From Octopus vulgaris (Eukaryota), in the NCBI GenBank assembly GCA_951406725.2, contig OX597821.1, positions 113,088,001 through 113,152,000 on the forward strand: a stretch of 64,000 bases of DNA, given 5' to 3'. The position numbers were made by a program, and so were the translations under genes. Below the pieces are notes generated by a model. It ran no database searches, was not told where the DNA came from, and was given only the letters and a program-made list of their open reading frames with translations. Below, piece after piece: positions 1 through 14,044 of this stretch. Each line of letters starts with the position of its first letter. Positions within the stretch are counted from its first letter, which is position 1.

Positions 1-99
1 CACTCTTCACAGGAATTGAATTTAACAAATTCTCATATGGGTTAATTGCTGCTTGTGTAGGCCATCGCCAGTTTCCTCAGATTCTGAACTGAAATAGTC

Positions 100-510
100 T
101 CAGGGCACTGATAAATAATGATAAAAGTAGACATGGTGAAAATTAAGAAGTCGTTTTAAAGTGTTGTTATTGAGGTGAAAGACAAAAAGTGAGTTGAGAA
201 ATACTGAAATAATAAATTGGTAATTGTTCTGTCGACAGCTCTTGAGAGTCAACAACATCATGAGATCGATCAAGGGGAATGAATATAGATGGGCTGGCCA
301 CATCATGTGGCTGAAAGACAACAAATGGTCAATAAGGGTGGCAAGATGGGCACCAAGACAATAGACAAGATCAAGAGGCCAACTAAAGGCAAGATGATCT
401 CACCTACAACATGGGGTCTACCTAAATGGCTATGACTTGCCAGAGACAGACAGCAGTGGAAGAAGTCTAGGGAGAGGTTCCTCTTTTAGGAGTGATGAAG
501 CTCTGAATAA
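100..510 (+). mobile_element. Degenerate RTE-clade LINE 3' end
   Basis: Translates ...NEYRWAGHIMWLKDNKWSIRVARWAPRQ*TRSRGQ... and LARDRQQWK, matching the WAGH/RGRP C-terminus of RTE ORFs. Contains stops and ends at a (TTA)n tract. Confidence 0.7.
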
Positions 511-529
511 TATTATTATTATTATTATT

Positions 530-1086
530 GAGTGAGAGAGCAGTGCATGCCATCAAAGTGACACTGGGGTAAAATATACGAAGCCCAGTATACCCATCAT
601 GCCTACCTGTCTGATAAAGGTACACTAGGTACATGCATCACAACCATGTGTGCATGACATGGTGATCTCATATCAAGATAAACAGCACATGACCTTGCAG
701 GTGGGGCCCACTTAGAATTTTCTTCCGGTCAAGTAACCCATCCTGCTCAAAAGGTCCCTGAATAAGGGTTGTTTAAGGATGTTGAATGAAATACCCATGT
801 TTCCAGAGGTGGATCATTCAAACCCCAAAGAATCCCTCTCAACACATGGCTATGATGCTCCCCCACTACTTCTGCTCGTGATCAGAGATGCACTTATCGT
901 CAGCCACTAAGGGACATGCTCAACTGGTTAAGGTCAAACAACTGACAAGCAAATCTGTGGTATTGAGCAGAATATTTGCTGTAGCCCATCTTTTATACCA
1001 AGACAAAACAATGCACATGATAACACTTCTAATCAGTTAAGATCAGAAGCCATGAGAGCCACTGCCAAGTACTGCATCAGGGCATT
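530..1086 (-). mobile_element. ~555-bp retroposon (SINE or LINE 3' UTR) embedded in (TTA)n
   Basis: GC-richer block sharply bounded by (TTA)n on both sides; reads as an element with an (AAT)n tail on the minus strand. Family not identified. Confidence 0.5.
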
Positions 1087-3723
1087 TTATTATTATTATT
1101 GTTATAGATATCGCACAGTATACAATAATGTGAGATTGTTGATTGAAGATATTGTGTCTACTACGGGTTTGTTTTGTTTGTCAAGTCACGACAAGGACCT
1201 CAGACAGACAGTACTTTACACAATATGTGTGCAGTTACAAGTAATGTTGACTTTTGCTATACATCTAGATTGTAGGGTATCTCTAAGGTTTTCTAAGGTT
1301 GGCCTCAGACCAACCAATGCCTTGTGAGCTGATTTGGTGAATGGAAACTGAAAGAAGCCCGTCTGTATATATGTGTGTGTCTTTGTATCTTTGTTTGTCC
1401 CTCACTACATTTAACTGATATCGGTTTGTTTACATCCGTGTAGCTTAGTGCTTTGACAAAAGTGACTGATAGAATAAGTACCAGGCTTTCAATGAATAAG
1501 TACTGGAATCGATTTGTTTGACTAAAAAGTCTTCAAAGTGGTGCCCCAGCATGGCCACAGTCTAATGACTGAAGCAATTAAAAGATAACATACTCTAGGT
1601 TATAAACGTCTTCCAACATTAACTAATTTTGGAAAACTGAATTTTAAATACCGATGCTGCTTGATATTGTATTGATGCTTCTAAACATCAAATGTGAAAT
1701 ACAGAAATAGGAAGAAACACAAGACCCGTGAAAGGGTCAAGAGTTAATTCGGTAGGATTCAATTTGTGCAACGTAGAACCATTAAAAGAAGAACTGAGTC
1801 AATTATTGAACACAACAATCACAAACACAGCATCTAATCAAAGACACCATTCTTATGTAGAATGGTCTATAGTTAAATGATCTTAGATATGTTGACTCCA
1901 AACAAGTATTATTCAAAATGGAAACTATCCAATCAGCTGTAATTTCAATGCCAAATGATAATTTCTTTCATAAATATACCAGTAATCAGAATCAAAGCTT
2001 TTTTTCATCATCATCATCATCATCAACGTTTCTATATTTGCATGAATCATGTGGAATTTTTGTTGAGGCAGATTTTCTATAGCTGGATGCCCTTCCTGTT
2101 GCTAACCCTCACCTGTTTCCATGCAGAGGTAATATTTCTCCATGGTATGCCGGGCAAAATGGTTAGCAGTATTTCATTTGTCTTTATGTTCCGAGTTCAA
2201 ATTTTCTGAGGTCAACTTTGCCTTTCATCTTTTTGGGGTCGATAAATTAAGTACCAGTTGCATACTGGGGTTGATCTAATTGACTGGCCCCCTCCCCAAA
2301 AATCTTAGGCCTAGAGTAGAAAAGAATACTTCCCCGTGGTTAAACACTTCCTATGAAGCTTACCACACCAACCATAATAAGTGTCTGCCAATTCTGTCAT
2401 TTATGGTTTTATGAAAGTCTGGTAGGCCATGGTCCTAAGCTAAGTAAAATCCAAGAGCAGTGGTTCAAAATTCCTCAAGGGACTTACTACATTCTTTTCA
2501 ATGATGTTCTGAGCCTTACTGGGCAAATCAACTGGCAAATGGTTAGGCACCAATCTGACAAAGCCATGCATCCTTCATTCTTTCAGGCGGTAGTGATTTG
2601 AGGGGGATTAAGTAGATATTTGCAGCAGGTCAAGTAACCACTTACAGGTTTGTTCAACGTTTTTGTGGACAGTGATAAAGAATCGGTTTTTATTTTGCTT
2701 TCTTTCTTTCTTTTTCTTTTTTTTTTTTGGGTGGGGATGAGAAAAGCTTCTTTTTTTTTTTGCTTGATGGGAAAATTCAACATATCTTTCATGTGGTTTA
2801 GCAAGTTTGTCCAGAACCAACAACTTTTAATTTCCATATCAAGGAAGAAAAAAAAAAACTAAAACCTCAACCAACCCTATCCTCATAAATCTATATACAT
2901 ATGTACACTCGTCTATTCCTCTGCCTGTGTGTGTGTGCATTTATATATATTTTATTGAAAACCTGGAGAATATTCAGTCTACATGAATATTCAAGGAAAT
3001 GTTTAAAAAGAAAGCTCTGGTTAGCAATGGCCTGTTTCAATCTTTACTTTTCTCTGTAAGCCTTAGTGAGTTATGCTTACATAAGACATTCTTCTCAACC
3101 TTGAATTTCCTTTCTCAAAACAAGATGGTGTTTAAAAACTACAAAGAAAACAATTTATAAATTTTCTTTGACCTAAATATGCTTATTCACCAAAATCAGT
3201 TGTCGTTAGTGAATTATTTAAGTGACAAATTGCTTTTTGTTTTCTGGAGTTTTTTTTTCTTTTTCAATGATTTTTTTTTATTCATAGGTCAAGGACAGTT
3301 ATTTCAAAAAGCCTACATTTAGTGATTTGATACAAGCATAGCTGTGTGGTTAAGATGTTTGTTTCACAGGTATATGGTTTGGGGTTCAGTCTAACTGTAT
3401 GGCACCTAGGGCATGTGTTTTTGCTTTGGTTTTTTTTTTAGAGTACCCCCAGGCCTGACAAAGTCTGAGTGAATTTCATTGATGAAAACTATAGTAAACC
3501 TGTTGTGTGTATGCGTATTCTCTTTCTCTCTTTATATATATATATAAAGAAAGAGAGAGAGAGAGAGAGAGAGATTGCTGTGTATTGAGAAGTTTGCTTC
3601 TCAACCACATGGTTTTTTAGTTCAATCCCACTGTGTGACACCCTAGGCAAGTGTCTTCTGCTGTAGCCTCAGGCCAACCAAAGCCTTGTGAGTGGATTTT
3701 GTAGACGAAAACTGAAAGAAGTC

Positions 3724-3754
<31 letters not shown>

Positions 3755-4038
3755 CATGCGTGCGTGTGTGTACACATGTACCAAAGTCTGAAGATTCAGG
3801 ATGGTTTTTTTTTTTCCTTTTGTTTTCTGCCAATTCATTTACAAAATCATTTCGAAAATTTTTAGAAAGGATTCCTAAAGTATACTTTTTAAAATTTATT
3901 TGTTTTGCATTTTTATTGCTGAAATATTTTTTTCTTTTTGTTTTGGGAACCTTACAAAAGTATTCTAATATGGCTCTTATCACATGACCCTTTTATTTTC
4001 TATTTCAGATATAATTGGATTTTAAACAAAAAGCAAAA

Positions 4039-4056
4039 ATGGTGATTCTTGCAAAG
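4039..4056 (+). CDS. MYO7A: Myosin VIIa, first coding exon (exon 4009-4056; CDS MVILAK)
   Basis: Acceptor ttttattttctatttcAG ends at 4008, followed by 30 nt of UTR, then aaaATG GTG ATT CTT GCA AAG and donor GTAAGT at 4057 (phase 0). It splices in frame to 47315, giving MVILAK-GDHVW; human MYO7A starts MVILQQ-GDHVW. Confidence 0.9.
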
Positions 4057-4161
4057 GTAAGTTGATTAAAACTTTATTTTTGCTATCGTAAAGGAACTGA
4101 CACCTTGTTGCTCATCTCAAATTTAATATTATTAGCAGTGATCTCTGTCTGAAGCCTTATA

Positions 4162-4716
4162 CGAGGGTGAGTCAAAAAGTAATGCCATTTTGTTTAGGAC
4201 AGGTATATTTACCAACACAGGAACATGTATCATACATTAAAATGAAGCTGGTCCTCTGTGAAAAACATCCCTACTTTTCACCATAGTCACCGTTTCACTC
4301 AATAGCAACGTTCCACCTTCAAATGGGAACATGTATCTCTGCCTCATAAAATTCTGTTGACTGTTCTTTGAGCCACTTCTTCACTACCTCCACACTCACC
4401 AGATTTAGCGCCTTAAGACTATCATCTCTTCGGCACCATGAAAGAGGGTTTGAGAGGTAAACATTATTCCAGTGACGAGGAAGTGAAAATTGTAGCGAAG
4501 AAGTGGCTCAAAGAACAGTCAACAGAATTTTACAGAGCAGGGATACATACTCTCATTCGAAGGTGGAACATTGCTATTGAGAGAAATGGTGACTATGTTG
4601 AGAAATAGAGATGTGATCCACAGAGGACCAGCTTCAATTTGATGTATGTACATGTTCCTGTGTTAGTAATTATACCTGTCCTAAACAAAATGGCATTACT
4701 TTTTGACTCGCCCTCG
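4162..4716. mobile_element. Mariner-derived fold-back MITE
   Basis: TA duplications at 4160-61 and 4717-18; termini CGAGGGTGAGTCAAAAAGTAATGCC / GGCATTACTTTTTGACTCGCCCTCG. Internal + frame reads HSPDLAP*DYHLFGTMKEGLRGKHYSSDEEVK...RRWNIAIERNGDYVEK* (mariner YSPDLAP motif). Arms 4162-4387 and 4492-4716 are inverted copies. Confidence 0.92.
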
Positions 4717-5234
4717 TAATTCCCTATCTGCTTGAGGTATATAACACAGATTGTCTTTTGTTCTTAGAAAGGATGAAAGAATTAATTTAACCATTTCTTA
4801 GCTAAGTGCTGACAATATATCAGCTTGTTTCTAATATAAAAAAGTTAACCTTGCTAATTTGATATAAACATTTAAGTAAACCTTTGAGAAAAACAAGTGA
4901 AATGTTGAGCCAGATTTCTAAGGTGATGCTAGTAAATGAAAACTAAGAGAAGAGATATTATGTTCACAACACACTAGAATGGCCTGCTTTGTAACAACAC
5001 ATTTCTCAGAACTCTTTGATAATTTATTTCTTCTATTTGAAAAGGTGAAATCTATCCTGAAATATAATAAAATCTTTAACTCTTAAATGGTGAGGAAAGG
5101 CTGCATATTAGTGTGTGCCAAATGAGCAAAACACAAAAAATATCTCTTTTGCTTAAGGGTAATTTTTATACTTATTTTCACTTAAAATAAGCTCAAAAAT
5201 TACAATACTTGTTAGTTTCTCACACAATAAAATT

Positions 5235-5825
5235 TGGTGGTGAAGCTTGACCTTTGAACGTTGGGCCTCACAGAGGCAATGACAAAAGACTGAGACCTCT
5301 GGAGGTATGCTGTGACTGAGGAGACCCAGCAAATAAAGTGAGTTCACAGCAGTAACCTACACCAGTGTTGCATAACCAGCCCACTCAAATGTACTTTGGA
5401 TCATAGGGTGACATGCTGTGCTTGAGGAGACCCACTGAGTCGAGTACATCAACATCAACAGCAATATCAAAATCAAATCAAATGGAAATTGTAGTTGTGA
5501 CCCTCGTGCTGGTAGCACGTAAAAAGCACCATCCGAACATGGCCAATGCCAGTGCTGCTTTGACTGGCTTCTGTGCTGGTGGCTCAGAAAAAGCACCATC
5601 TGATCATGGTCGTTGCCAGCCCCCTCTGGCCCCTGTGCTAGTGGCATGTGAAAAGCACCCACTACACTCTCAGAGTGGTTGGCATTAGGAAGGGCATCCA
5701 GCTGTAGAAACACTACCAGATCAGATTGGGGTCTGGTGCAGCCTCCTGGTTTCCCAGACCCCAGTTGAACCATCCAACCCATGCCAACATGGAAAACAGA
5801 CATTAAATGATGATGATGATGATTA
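5235..5825 (+). mobile_element. RTE LINE 3' end plus 3' UTR with (GAT)n tail
   Basis: Remnant of ...LGLTEAMTKD*DLWRYAV.EETQQIK*, then ~60-bp UTR repeats and the tail GGAAGGGCATCCAGCTGTAGAAA...GACATTAAATGATGATG. Confidence 0.75.
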
Positions 5826-6293
5826 TCAGAGAGCACTGTAAAATATTCATCTTGCTATGATCATGGCTGTATCGATGTAAAGATTTTGATACATAAATTC
5901 TTGATATATGCTGTTCTCTAACAAAACATCAAGTGATAATATCCCTTTTGAAGGATCAAACAACTTATGTAAGAGAATACAATAGATTTTATCTTTGTTT
6001 TTATTTATTGATTTCTTACATATTTTGTCCGATTTCTCTCCTTCATTGCTAAAAGGTTTTTTTTCTTCTTTTTTTTATTACACCCTAAACAATGCTTCAG
6101 ACACGTTAGAATACTCTCTTAATTTGATAATTAGTTAATAATTTCATTATTTTAAAGCACTTTTAGAAATAACTGAGCATTTATTGGTGGTATGACTCAA
6201 TACTGAAAGGAGAGTCAAAGTTATTGAGTAGTTCTAGTCAACATGATTTTAACCATCTTTTAAAGATTATAACTGGAATATTGTTGTTGTTAC

Positions 6294-6332
<39 letters not shown>

Positions 6333-6639
6333 CTGAGTGGTTCAGAATAATTCTAGATAAATTATTAGACATTTTTTTCCTAAATGAGATAATTTAGTTT
6401 AATAAAAAAAATTCACAAACATGATTTTTTAAAATAATAAAATCATGCTTGAATATGTGGGAAAAAAATTATTGAAAATAATATTTTAGAGACTAATATA
6501 ATTTCAATAACACCAATTTAAAAGAAGTGACAATACCAGATAAATTGTTTATGAAAGAATGTTCCACCATTTTGAATAAACTCAGCTTTGATCTGAGAAT
6601 AATGTCGAAAGAGTCAAAAGACTAACGACTGATTAACAT

Positions 6640-7015
6640 CATTGTCATTCATTAATGTCTACTTTTCCATGCTTGCATGGAATAGACAAATTTGTTGAGA
6701 CAGATTTTCTATGGCTGGATGCTCTTTCAGTCACCAACCTTCACCTGTTCCCAAGACATTTTTTCATGGAAGAAAGGAATCAAACAACCTCGCTTGTATG
6801 ATGGTGAGGCTCATTTACAAACAATGTCAAATCAAAGTTACACACACACACACACACACAATGGTTTTCTTTCAGTTTTTGTCTGCCAAATCCACTCACT
6901 AAGCTTTGGTTGACCTGGGACTATAACATGTCCAGGGTGTCACACAGTGGGACTGAACCCAGAACCACATGGTTGGAAAGCAAACTTCTTAACCACACAG
7001 CCACACCTACACCTA
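6640..7015 (-). mobile_element. SINE with tRNA-like head, (CA)n core and RTE-type tail
   Basis: Reverse complement of the element at 43150-43555; A/B-box-like head GGCTGTGTGGTTAAG...GGTTCAGTCCC. Confidence 0.7.
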
Positions 7016-7486
7016 TTATTCACTGACACTTCTTGTGGCCAACATTCATCTCTATCATATGTTTTCCTTCTGAGTTTGTAAGGTGTGATTTGAGGGAGAT
7101 TTTACTGTTATTTCTAGCAGATAATGTGATGTAACCATCTAGAAGCTCCCTCTTTAGCTGCCTTCATGTCATGAACTTTCTATATCTTATACTATCAGTT
7201 TGTCTTGTACAAAGGCAGTAGCAATAACCATTGATAATTGTAGAAATTGTGCTGGCAGTATACCATTGATTAAAGACCAAACATTATTAAATTGCATTTT
7301 CCTTAGATTATATTTTAATAATTGCAAATAGGTGCAGGCATGGCTGTGTGGTCAAGAAGACTTTTTTCTAATTGAATAGTGTTGGGTTCAGTCCCACTGT
7401 GTGGCACTTTGGGCAAGTATATTCTACTACAGCCCCGGGCAAACCGAAGCTTAGTGAGTGAATTTGGTTGACTGTTGACTGAAATA

Positions 7487-7673
7487 GTATGTATGTATGT
7501 ATGTATGTATGTATGTATGTATGTATGTATGTATGTATGTATGTATGTATGTATGTATGTATGTATGTATGTATGTATGTATGTATGTATGTATGTATGT
7601 ATGTATGTATGTATGTATGTATGTATGTATGTATGTATGTATGTATGTATGTATGTATGTATGTATGTATGTA

Positions 7674-7756
<83 letters not shown>
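7487..7756. repeat. Compound microsatellite, ~48x(GTAT) plus ~38x(GT)
   Basis: Perfect repeats, expanded from the central simple repeat of a SINE starting at ~7331. Confidence 0.98.
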
Positions 7757-7760
<4 letters not shown>

Positions 7761-9301
7761 GACCTTCACCATCATACAAGCCTTTTGCATTGGATTTGAT
7801 AGATGGAAACTGAAAGAAACCCGTGTATGTCTGAGTATTTGTTTGTGTGTACCCTTATGGTGACCTTGTGTGGTGGTGTGAATGAACATCACCAAAATAC
7901 AACTGATGTTGTTCATTTTCAGTCTTCCAGAAAGAAATATTATTTTGCTTGGAAGCAGTTGTCGGTTGGCAACTGGAAGGATATCCAGCAGGCAATTGCC
8001 ATCAGTAATTACTCAGGGTAGGCAATTGGTGACGTTTATGTAGTAAAACACACAAAAAATAAGCAAAACACTGGTGCGCAACTGAGTTGTAGGCAGGTTT
8101 ACTTCTGCCTTTATAGCAAGTAAAGAAAACGGTGTTGTAGGAGTGTACGCAGCACATGTACTACAGCAGTACTATGTGTAGTTTAAATATTGAGATTGAA
8201 AGGCAGGGGAGAATTATGCCTACCTAATCTACAAAAAAAATCAAATTTTTGTATTTTATGCAAAGTAACAAGAGTAACCTTTATAATTTTATTGCATTTG
8301 GTGCATATTTTGCCATAAAAGGGAAATGTTGCTATTGATCTAGTTTATTTAAGGCAGGCACTGCATACCTTGCCTTCCCAGGTGGCATGTCCCTGGTATC
8401 TGCCTCAACAAATTCCATCTGACCAATGTAAACATGGAAAAGTGGGCATTAAAAAAGGTGATGATGGTTTGTTTATAAGTGCAACTAAAAACAACAGCAG
8501 AGTTAGAGCCAAAACCTTGTTTGATGGTTGAAAGCTTTTTTTGTGTGTTTTGGTTAGTTTTAGATGAAATTTTAATCTCTTTCTGAATCTTGGATACTTA
8601 ATCATTGATTAATTTTGTGCTGTATTTTTATAAACGAGAATTAAACTCTCTTCTAGTCCTGAATATTTAACTCCTTTGTTTTTGTAAGTCAAGCCCAACC
8701 AGGACATGATTAAGGTCTTGTCTAGGCAAGATTATTCAGAAAGAAATACTTGTCTTAATCTTGTTTAAAAAGGAATTTTTATTTATTAATAATTTTTCTG
8801 ACCACAATTGCAGTTAAGTTGATTTCAGTTCAATCCCACTGTACAGCATCTTGGATAAGAGTCTTTCCTACAGCCTCAGGTTGACCAGTGCCTTGTAAAT
8901 GGAATCGGTTGATTGAAAATGTGTAGAAGCTTGTTGTATGAAGTCTGTTAAAAAAAACAGAAATTTAAGAGGTTCTTTAAAAAAAAAAAATCAAATCTAG
9001 TGTTTCACTTTCAATTTCAATTTCATCAAACTTGTCCTCTTCCAAATAATTCCAGCCACTGTTAATATGGTTAATATATTAATGGCAATTTATGGATACG
9101 GTTCATCTACAACAACTCGCAATGGTAGAAGCATTAGCAAATCAGACAAAATGCTTTGTGGCATTTCTTCCAGTTTTTTTTTATTTTTCAAAGTTCAATT
9201 TCTACCAAACTCAACTTTGCCTTTCACCCTTTCATGGTCTCAAGAGAATAAGTACCAGTTGAACACTGGGGTCAATGTAATCAACTTACCCTATTCCTTA
9301 A

Positions 9302-9522
9302 CCCTTTCGTTACTGAATTTATTTAGAGATGCTCTGTGTTTCTTTCAATTATTTTAAATATAACAAAGAATTTAGTGAAATAACTTCGTTATCATTAAGC
9401 TAGTGTTAGGAACATAAATTGTGACTAAGGTTTGGTGGAAGATTTTAATTCAAAATTTATGAAAACAAGACATGTGTATTAAAGATCCAGAGCCAGTTTC
9501 AGCCGGGTTGGTAACGAAAGGA
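9302..9522. mobile_element. piggyBac-like MITE (TTAA target site)
   Basis: TTAA|CCCTTTCGTTAC ... GTAACGAAAGGA|TTAA; same family as 44576-45198 in opposite orientation. Confidence 0.7.
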
Positions 9523-9800
9523 TTAAAACTGTAGGCCTTGTATCAACAATTTGTGACCATAATTAGACTGAAGTTCAAGGTCATCGTACATAGCACTGCA
9601 GTTGTGAGGACACTGTTCCGGTTGGTTTGATATGCTGTTTTAACCCTTGAGCATTTAAACCAGCCATATCCTGCCAAAATATTCAACCAGTTTTAGGTTC
9701 ACACTGACCAGATTCAGCCTGTCACGCTTACCAAATCATTGAAATCTCAAAGCTACAAGATAGTGCATAACTGATTCATGTCAATGTGAATAAATAAGCA

Positions 9801-10036
9801 TTAGAAAATTACTATTTTAAAATCTCTCAACGTGAGATATTCAGCAACAGTACTTTGGAGTAAAGATTGTTTGCCAACATAACATGGCAGTCCTGGTTTA
9901 GGACGAATGTTGCTGTAATTTAGCTCCGGGAGACATCATCTCCAGCTGGCTATATGACACGATCTGTGTCCTTATATTTTCGAACAAGGGTGTGCTAGAT
10001 TCCCTTGTTCAAAAATATAATGACACAGATCGTATC
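9801..10036. mobile_element. Palindromic fold-back MITE, truncated copy
   Basis: Homologous to 23305-23614; internal hairpin ACGATCTGTGTCCTTATATTTTCGAACAAGGG / CCCTTGTTCAAAAATATAATGACACAGATCGT. Confidence 0.75.
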
Positions 10037-10659
10037 CTTATATTACCCAGTCAATTAGCAAAAAAAAAAAATCCATCTGGTGGTGTTTAAAATCTAAAAA
10101 CAAACACAAGAGTGGTAACTCCAATAAAGTCAGTTGATCGAAATTTGTCAGATAGACAAATAGAGATTGAAATACAAAGAATATTAAATTAAAATTATTG
10201 ATTTGAATTCTTCCACACAATTTGATAATGGAAAAGTTCAACTGATACAGACTTGAACTGATACAGAATACAATGATACAAAGAAATTGATTGAAAAAAA
10301 AATATAGAAAAATCTAATTTATCATATTATTCGTATGAAAATTTTTACTAGAAAATTTAGATGTATTTCTTCCCCAAATGGTTTTTAAAATTAGTTTTGT
10401 TTGTTTCAGTGTATATTAATTACTTAAATTAAATTTAATTTCTCATAGCAAAATGTAATAATTTTGTTAATGGCTTGGAAAATCTTAAAATATGTTTATT
10501 TCTCTCTTTTAATTTTGTTTTCCAATTTTCATATAATTACAGTTTCTAACAAAGGTATGAGACCTGAAATTTTGTGTAGGGGTGGGTGGGTAGTCAGTGC
10601 AATCAACCCTCAGTATTTTACTGGTATTTTATTTTAATGAACAGTGAAGCCACATGGAT

Positions 10660-10980
10660 TATTGGTCAAGGTATTCAGCTCACGAGTCCAAGGTCATGAG
10701 TTTGATTCCTGGTGATGTGTTGTGTCCTTGAGCAAGACACTATTTCACTCAGCTGGCAGAAATAATCCTAAAGAGCTAGCCTTGTCATATCCTGTGTCAT
10801 GCTGAATCTCCCTGAGAACTATGTTGAGGGTATATGTGTCTGGAGAGTGCTCAGCCATGTTATCATCATCATCATCATCATCATCATTGTTTAACGTCCG
10901 TTTTCCGTGCTAGCACGGGTTGGACCAATGTGTATGTTAATTTTATGAGATTGACTGGAACCCTGATTGTCATAAAGAAC
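10660..10980 (+). mobile_element. tRNA-derived SINE (third family; second copy at 38805-39112)
   Basis: B-box-like GAGTTTGATTCC, then GTGTCCTTGAGCAAGACAC; the body GCCTTGTCA...GAATCTCCCTGAGAACTATGTT is shared with 38805-39112. Confidence 0.65.
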
Positions 10981-12560
10981 AAAGTACAAGAGAGGAATGG
11001 ATGACAAAGCTGATCTTTTGGCAGGATTCAAACTCTTGCAATAACAATACAAACCATAGATTACCACTCATCTTGAATTTCCAACCCTTTTCATTTCAAT
11101 TACTTTTGATATTAGGCTTGCAGAACTGTTCAGGGATTGAACAAATTGTTTTAATGGTATTTAAATATGGCTCTCTACAATCTGAGTTCAACCCATACTA
11201 GGTTAGCTTTGCCTTTCCTATTTTCTTTATCATCATCATGGTCTTAATATCTTCTTTTCCATGCTTGCATGGGTCAGACGGAATTCGTTGAGGGGATTTT
11301 CTACAGCCAGATGCACTTCGTTTCACTAGAACCCTCCTGTTTTGAAGCAAGGTATTAGTTCTCGATGGTCTTACATGTTTCCATGGGAAATTAGAAATAA
11401 ACGACACTGCTTGTATGTCAGTGGCACTTGTATACAACCATCAATCAATGTCAAGACAAGGACACACGCATGCATACAACTTCCCGTCTACCAAATCCAC
11501 TCATAAAGCTACAGTCAGCTATAGTGCAAAACACTTGCCCAAGGTGCCATATAAAGGATCTGAACCCAAAACTACATGGTTGGTGATTGAACCTCTTAAC
11601 TGCACAGCTATTCTTGCACTTAAATGGCTGTTATACTAAAGTACCAGTCACATACTGAGGTTAATTCAAACTCACCCTCCGTTCATATTTGACCTTGTAC
11701 CAATGTTAGAAATCAATATTTTGAGCATTTATATCTCTGAACTTGACCTAAATCATATAGGTTTTTATAGACATTTGTTAGTATAGATTATCTTAATCTC
11801 AAATCCTGGAGATTATCCTTCAATCCTGGCATGTGCTCTGTATGCACGCTTTGTAATTTCTCTGTTGATAGTTGTTGTGGGCACAACATTAGCAATAACA
11901 GTGAGTTTATATTTTAGTGGTAATGGTTGCATTAATAGTTGTGGTAGTAGTTGTAACAACAATATTAATGATCCCATGACCAGAGAGTAAATGATGATTG
12001 GTTGGCCAGATAGAGGCTAAATTCCTAATCTTGAGTTTAGTGTTAGGCAGTAAATCCTCTCTCGGTGGTTAACATTTGAACAACTGGAAGGAAATAATTT
12101 TGCTCTTTGAAAACAGCTTTTTTTTCTCTGCTTGTGGGTGCAGTTAATTGCAACTGCAGTTAACCACTGTTGTAGGCATGCCTCAACAATATTTTCACAA
12201 GACACCAGAACAGTATTACTGTTCTGATATTACCAATAATGCAGTTCAAAAACAACTTACAGATTGTTATCTTCATCTTCTGGTAAGAGGACAAAAATTC
12301 TTGTCTTTTTTATTCTTTTATCGTTTATTTGTTGTAAACACTGGACCGTGGCCATGCTGGAGGTCGGGGTGGGGTGGGATGTAGCCCTGTCTTGATAAGG
12401 TTAGTTGATAAGCTCTTGGTACTATCTTTTTCTTTTTTTTTTTCAAGTCTGGTACTTATTTTGTCAGTCTCTTTTTTTCTGAACTGCTAAGTCATGGGGA
12501 TGTAAACAAACCAACACTAGTTGTTGTCATGCAGTGGTGAGGGACAAACACACACACCAT

Positions 12561-12608
<48 letters not shown>

Positions 12609-13311
12609 AAACACACACACATTGTACATGATAAGCTTCTTTCAGTTACCATATGCCAAACCCATTCTTAAGCTTTTGGTCAGCCTGTGACCATAGAAGA
12701 CTCTTGCCCAAGTTTCCACACAGTGGGATTGAAACCCAAATGATGTGATTGGGAAACCAGACTTCTTAACCTTGCAACTCATGCCAATGTCTGCTAGGTA
12801 CCAAAGTAAAACTTTAAAACTTACCCTTTTTACCTTATTTGTCATTAGACCATGGCCATGCTGGAGCACTGCCTAGAAGAATCTTTACTTGAATTAATTG
12901 ACTCAAGTACTCTTATTTTTTTGTTAAGCCTGGTGCCTATTCTATTGGTCTGTTTTGTCGAACTGCTAAGTTATAGGGATGTAAATATACCAAAACCAGT
13001 TGTCAGGCTGATGGGGAGACAAACACACACACACACACACACACGTACACTCATCAGTTGGAGGATTGAAAAAGGCATGTCAAAAGAGTTCATATAGTGG
13101 TGCCTGTTCATTCTGCCAGCACAGCTGTGCATCACGTAATAGAATGCGCAAAATTTTCGCCAAACTCAAGAGTCATAGAAGGGCCTTGTATTGTATCAGC
13201 GATGACTCATTTCATTGACTGACTTTTTCTAGCAATGGCTTTGCTCATATATGAGAAAGCAGCTAAGATATATAATAATAATAATCATAATAATAATAAT
13301 AATAATCATAA

Positions 13312-13493
13312 ATGGCACGTAAAAATCACCCACTACACTCATGGAGTGGTTGGCGTTAGGAAGGGCGTCTAGCTGTAGAAACACTGCCAGATCAGACTGG
13401 AGCCTGGTGCAGCCTTCAGGCTTCCCAGACCCCGGTCGAACCATCCAACCCATGCTAGCATGGAGAACGGACGTTAAACGATGATGATGATGA
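13312..13493 (+). mobile_element. RTE-tail retroposon fragment with (GAT)n tail
   Basis: Near-identical to copies at 14525-14718, 15600-15785, 51578-51755 and 58108-58290 (minus strand). Confidence 0.8.
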
Positions 13494-14044
13494 TATATAT
13501 ATATATGTATATATATGATGGGCTTTTCCAGTTTCCATCTACAAAATCCACTCACAAGGCTTTGGTTGGCTGAGGAGGCTATAGGAGAAGACATTTGACC
13601 AAGGTTCCGTAGTCAGATTGAACCTAGAACCATGTGGTTAGGAAGTAAGCTTCTTACCACACAGCCATGCCTGTGTCTTATCAAATTTCATTTATTTATT
13701 TATGCTGTGTCCTTCAATGTACTTCTTTGTATGTGTACTTTCATTTTTGCTTCTCGTATTTTTTTAATAATAATCCTGCATTTATTGGCTACGTCATTTC
13801 AATAAATGGGAGCAACTCTGGAGGTGTATAACTTGTTTCAATCTAACATTTTTTTCTAGTACCTCAGTAAATGACTCATTATCTTGTGTGTGTGTGTGTG
13901 TAGATATATGTATATATGACGCATGTTCTTTACACATCCTGTTTGGTTAAAAGTCAATCCAAATATTAGTTGTTTTATTTATGTAAAGTCAAGGATTTAA
14001 AACAGGAACTCTAGTAACTATTTATCAATAAATACACATACATT

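Noticed and set aside
1-4008. Upstream non-coding exon or promoter of MYO7A
   Set aside because: Implied by the acceptor at 4008, but no convincing donor or promoter was identifiable; it may lie outside the window.
4390-4610. Functional or domesticated transposase (also 59960-60230 and 61030-61251)
   Set aside because: Only C-terminal fragments, with stops or deletions, inside non-autonomous elements.
7315-7916. Long ORFs (154-207 aa) here and at 21852-22475, 48712-49159, 51382-52015 and 63344-63854
   Set aside because: They are translations of stop-free (CA)n/(TA)n/(TATG)n microsatellites.
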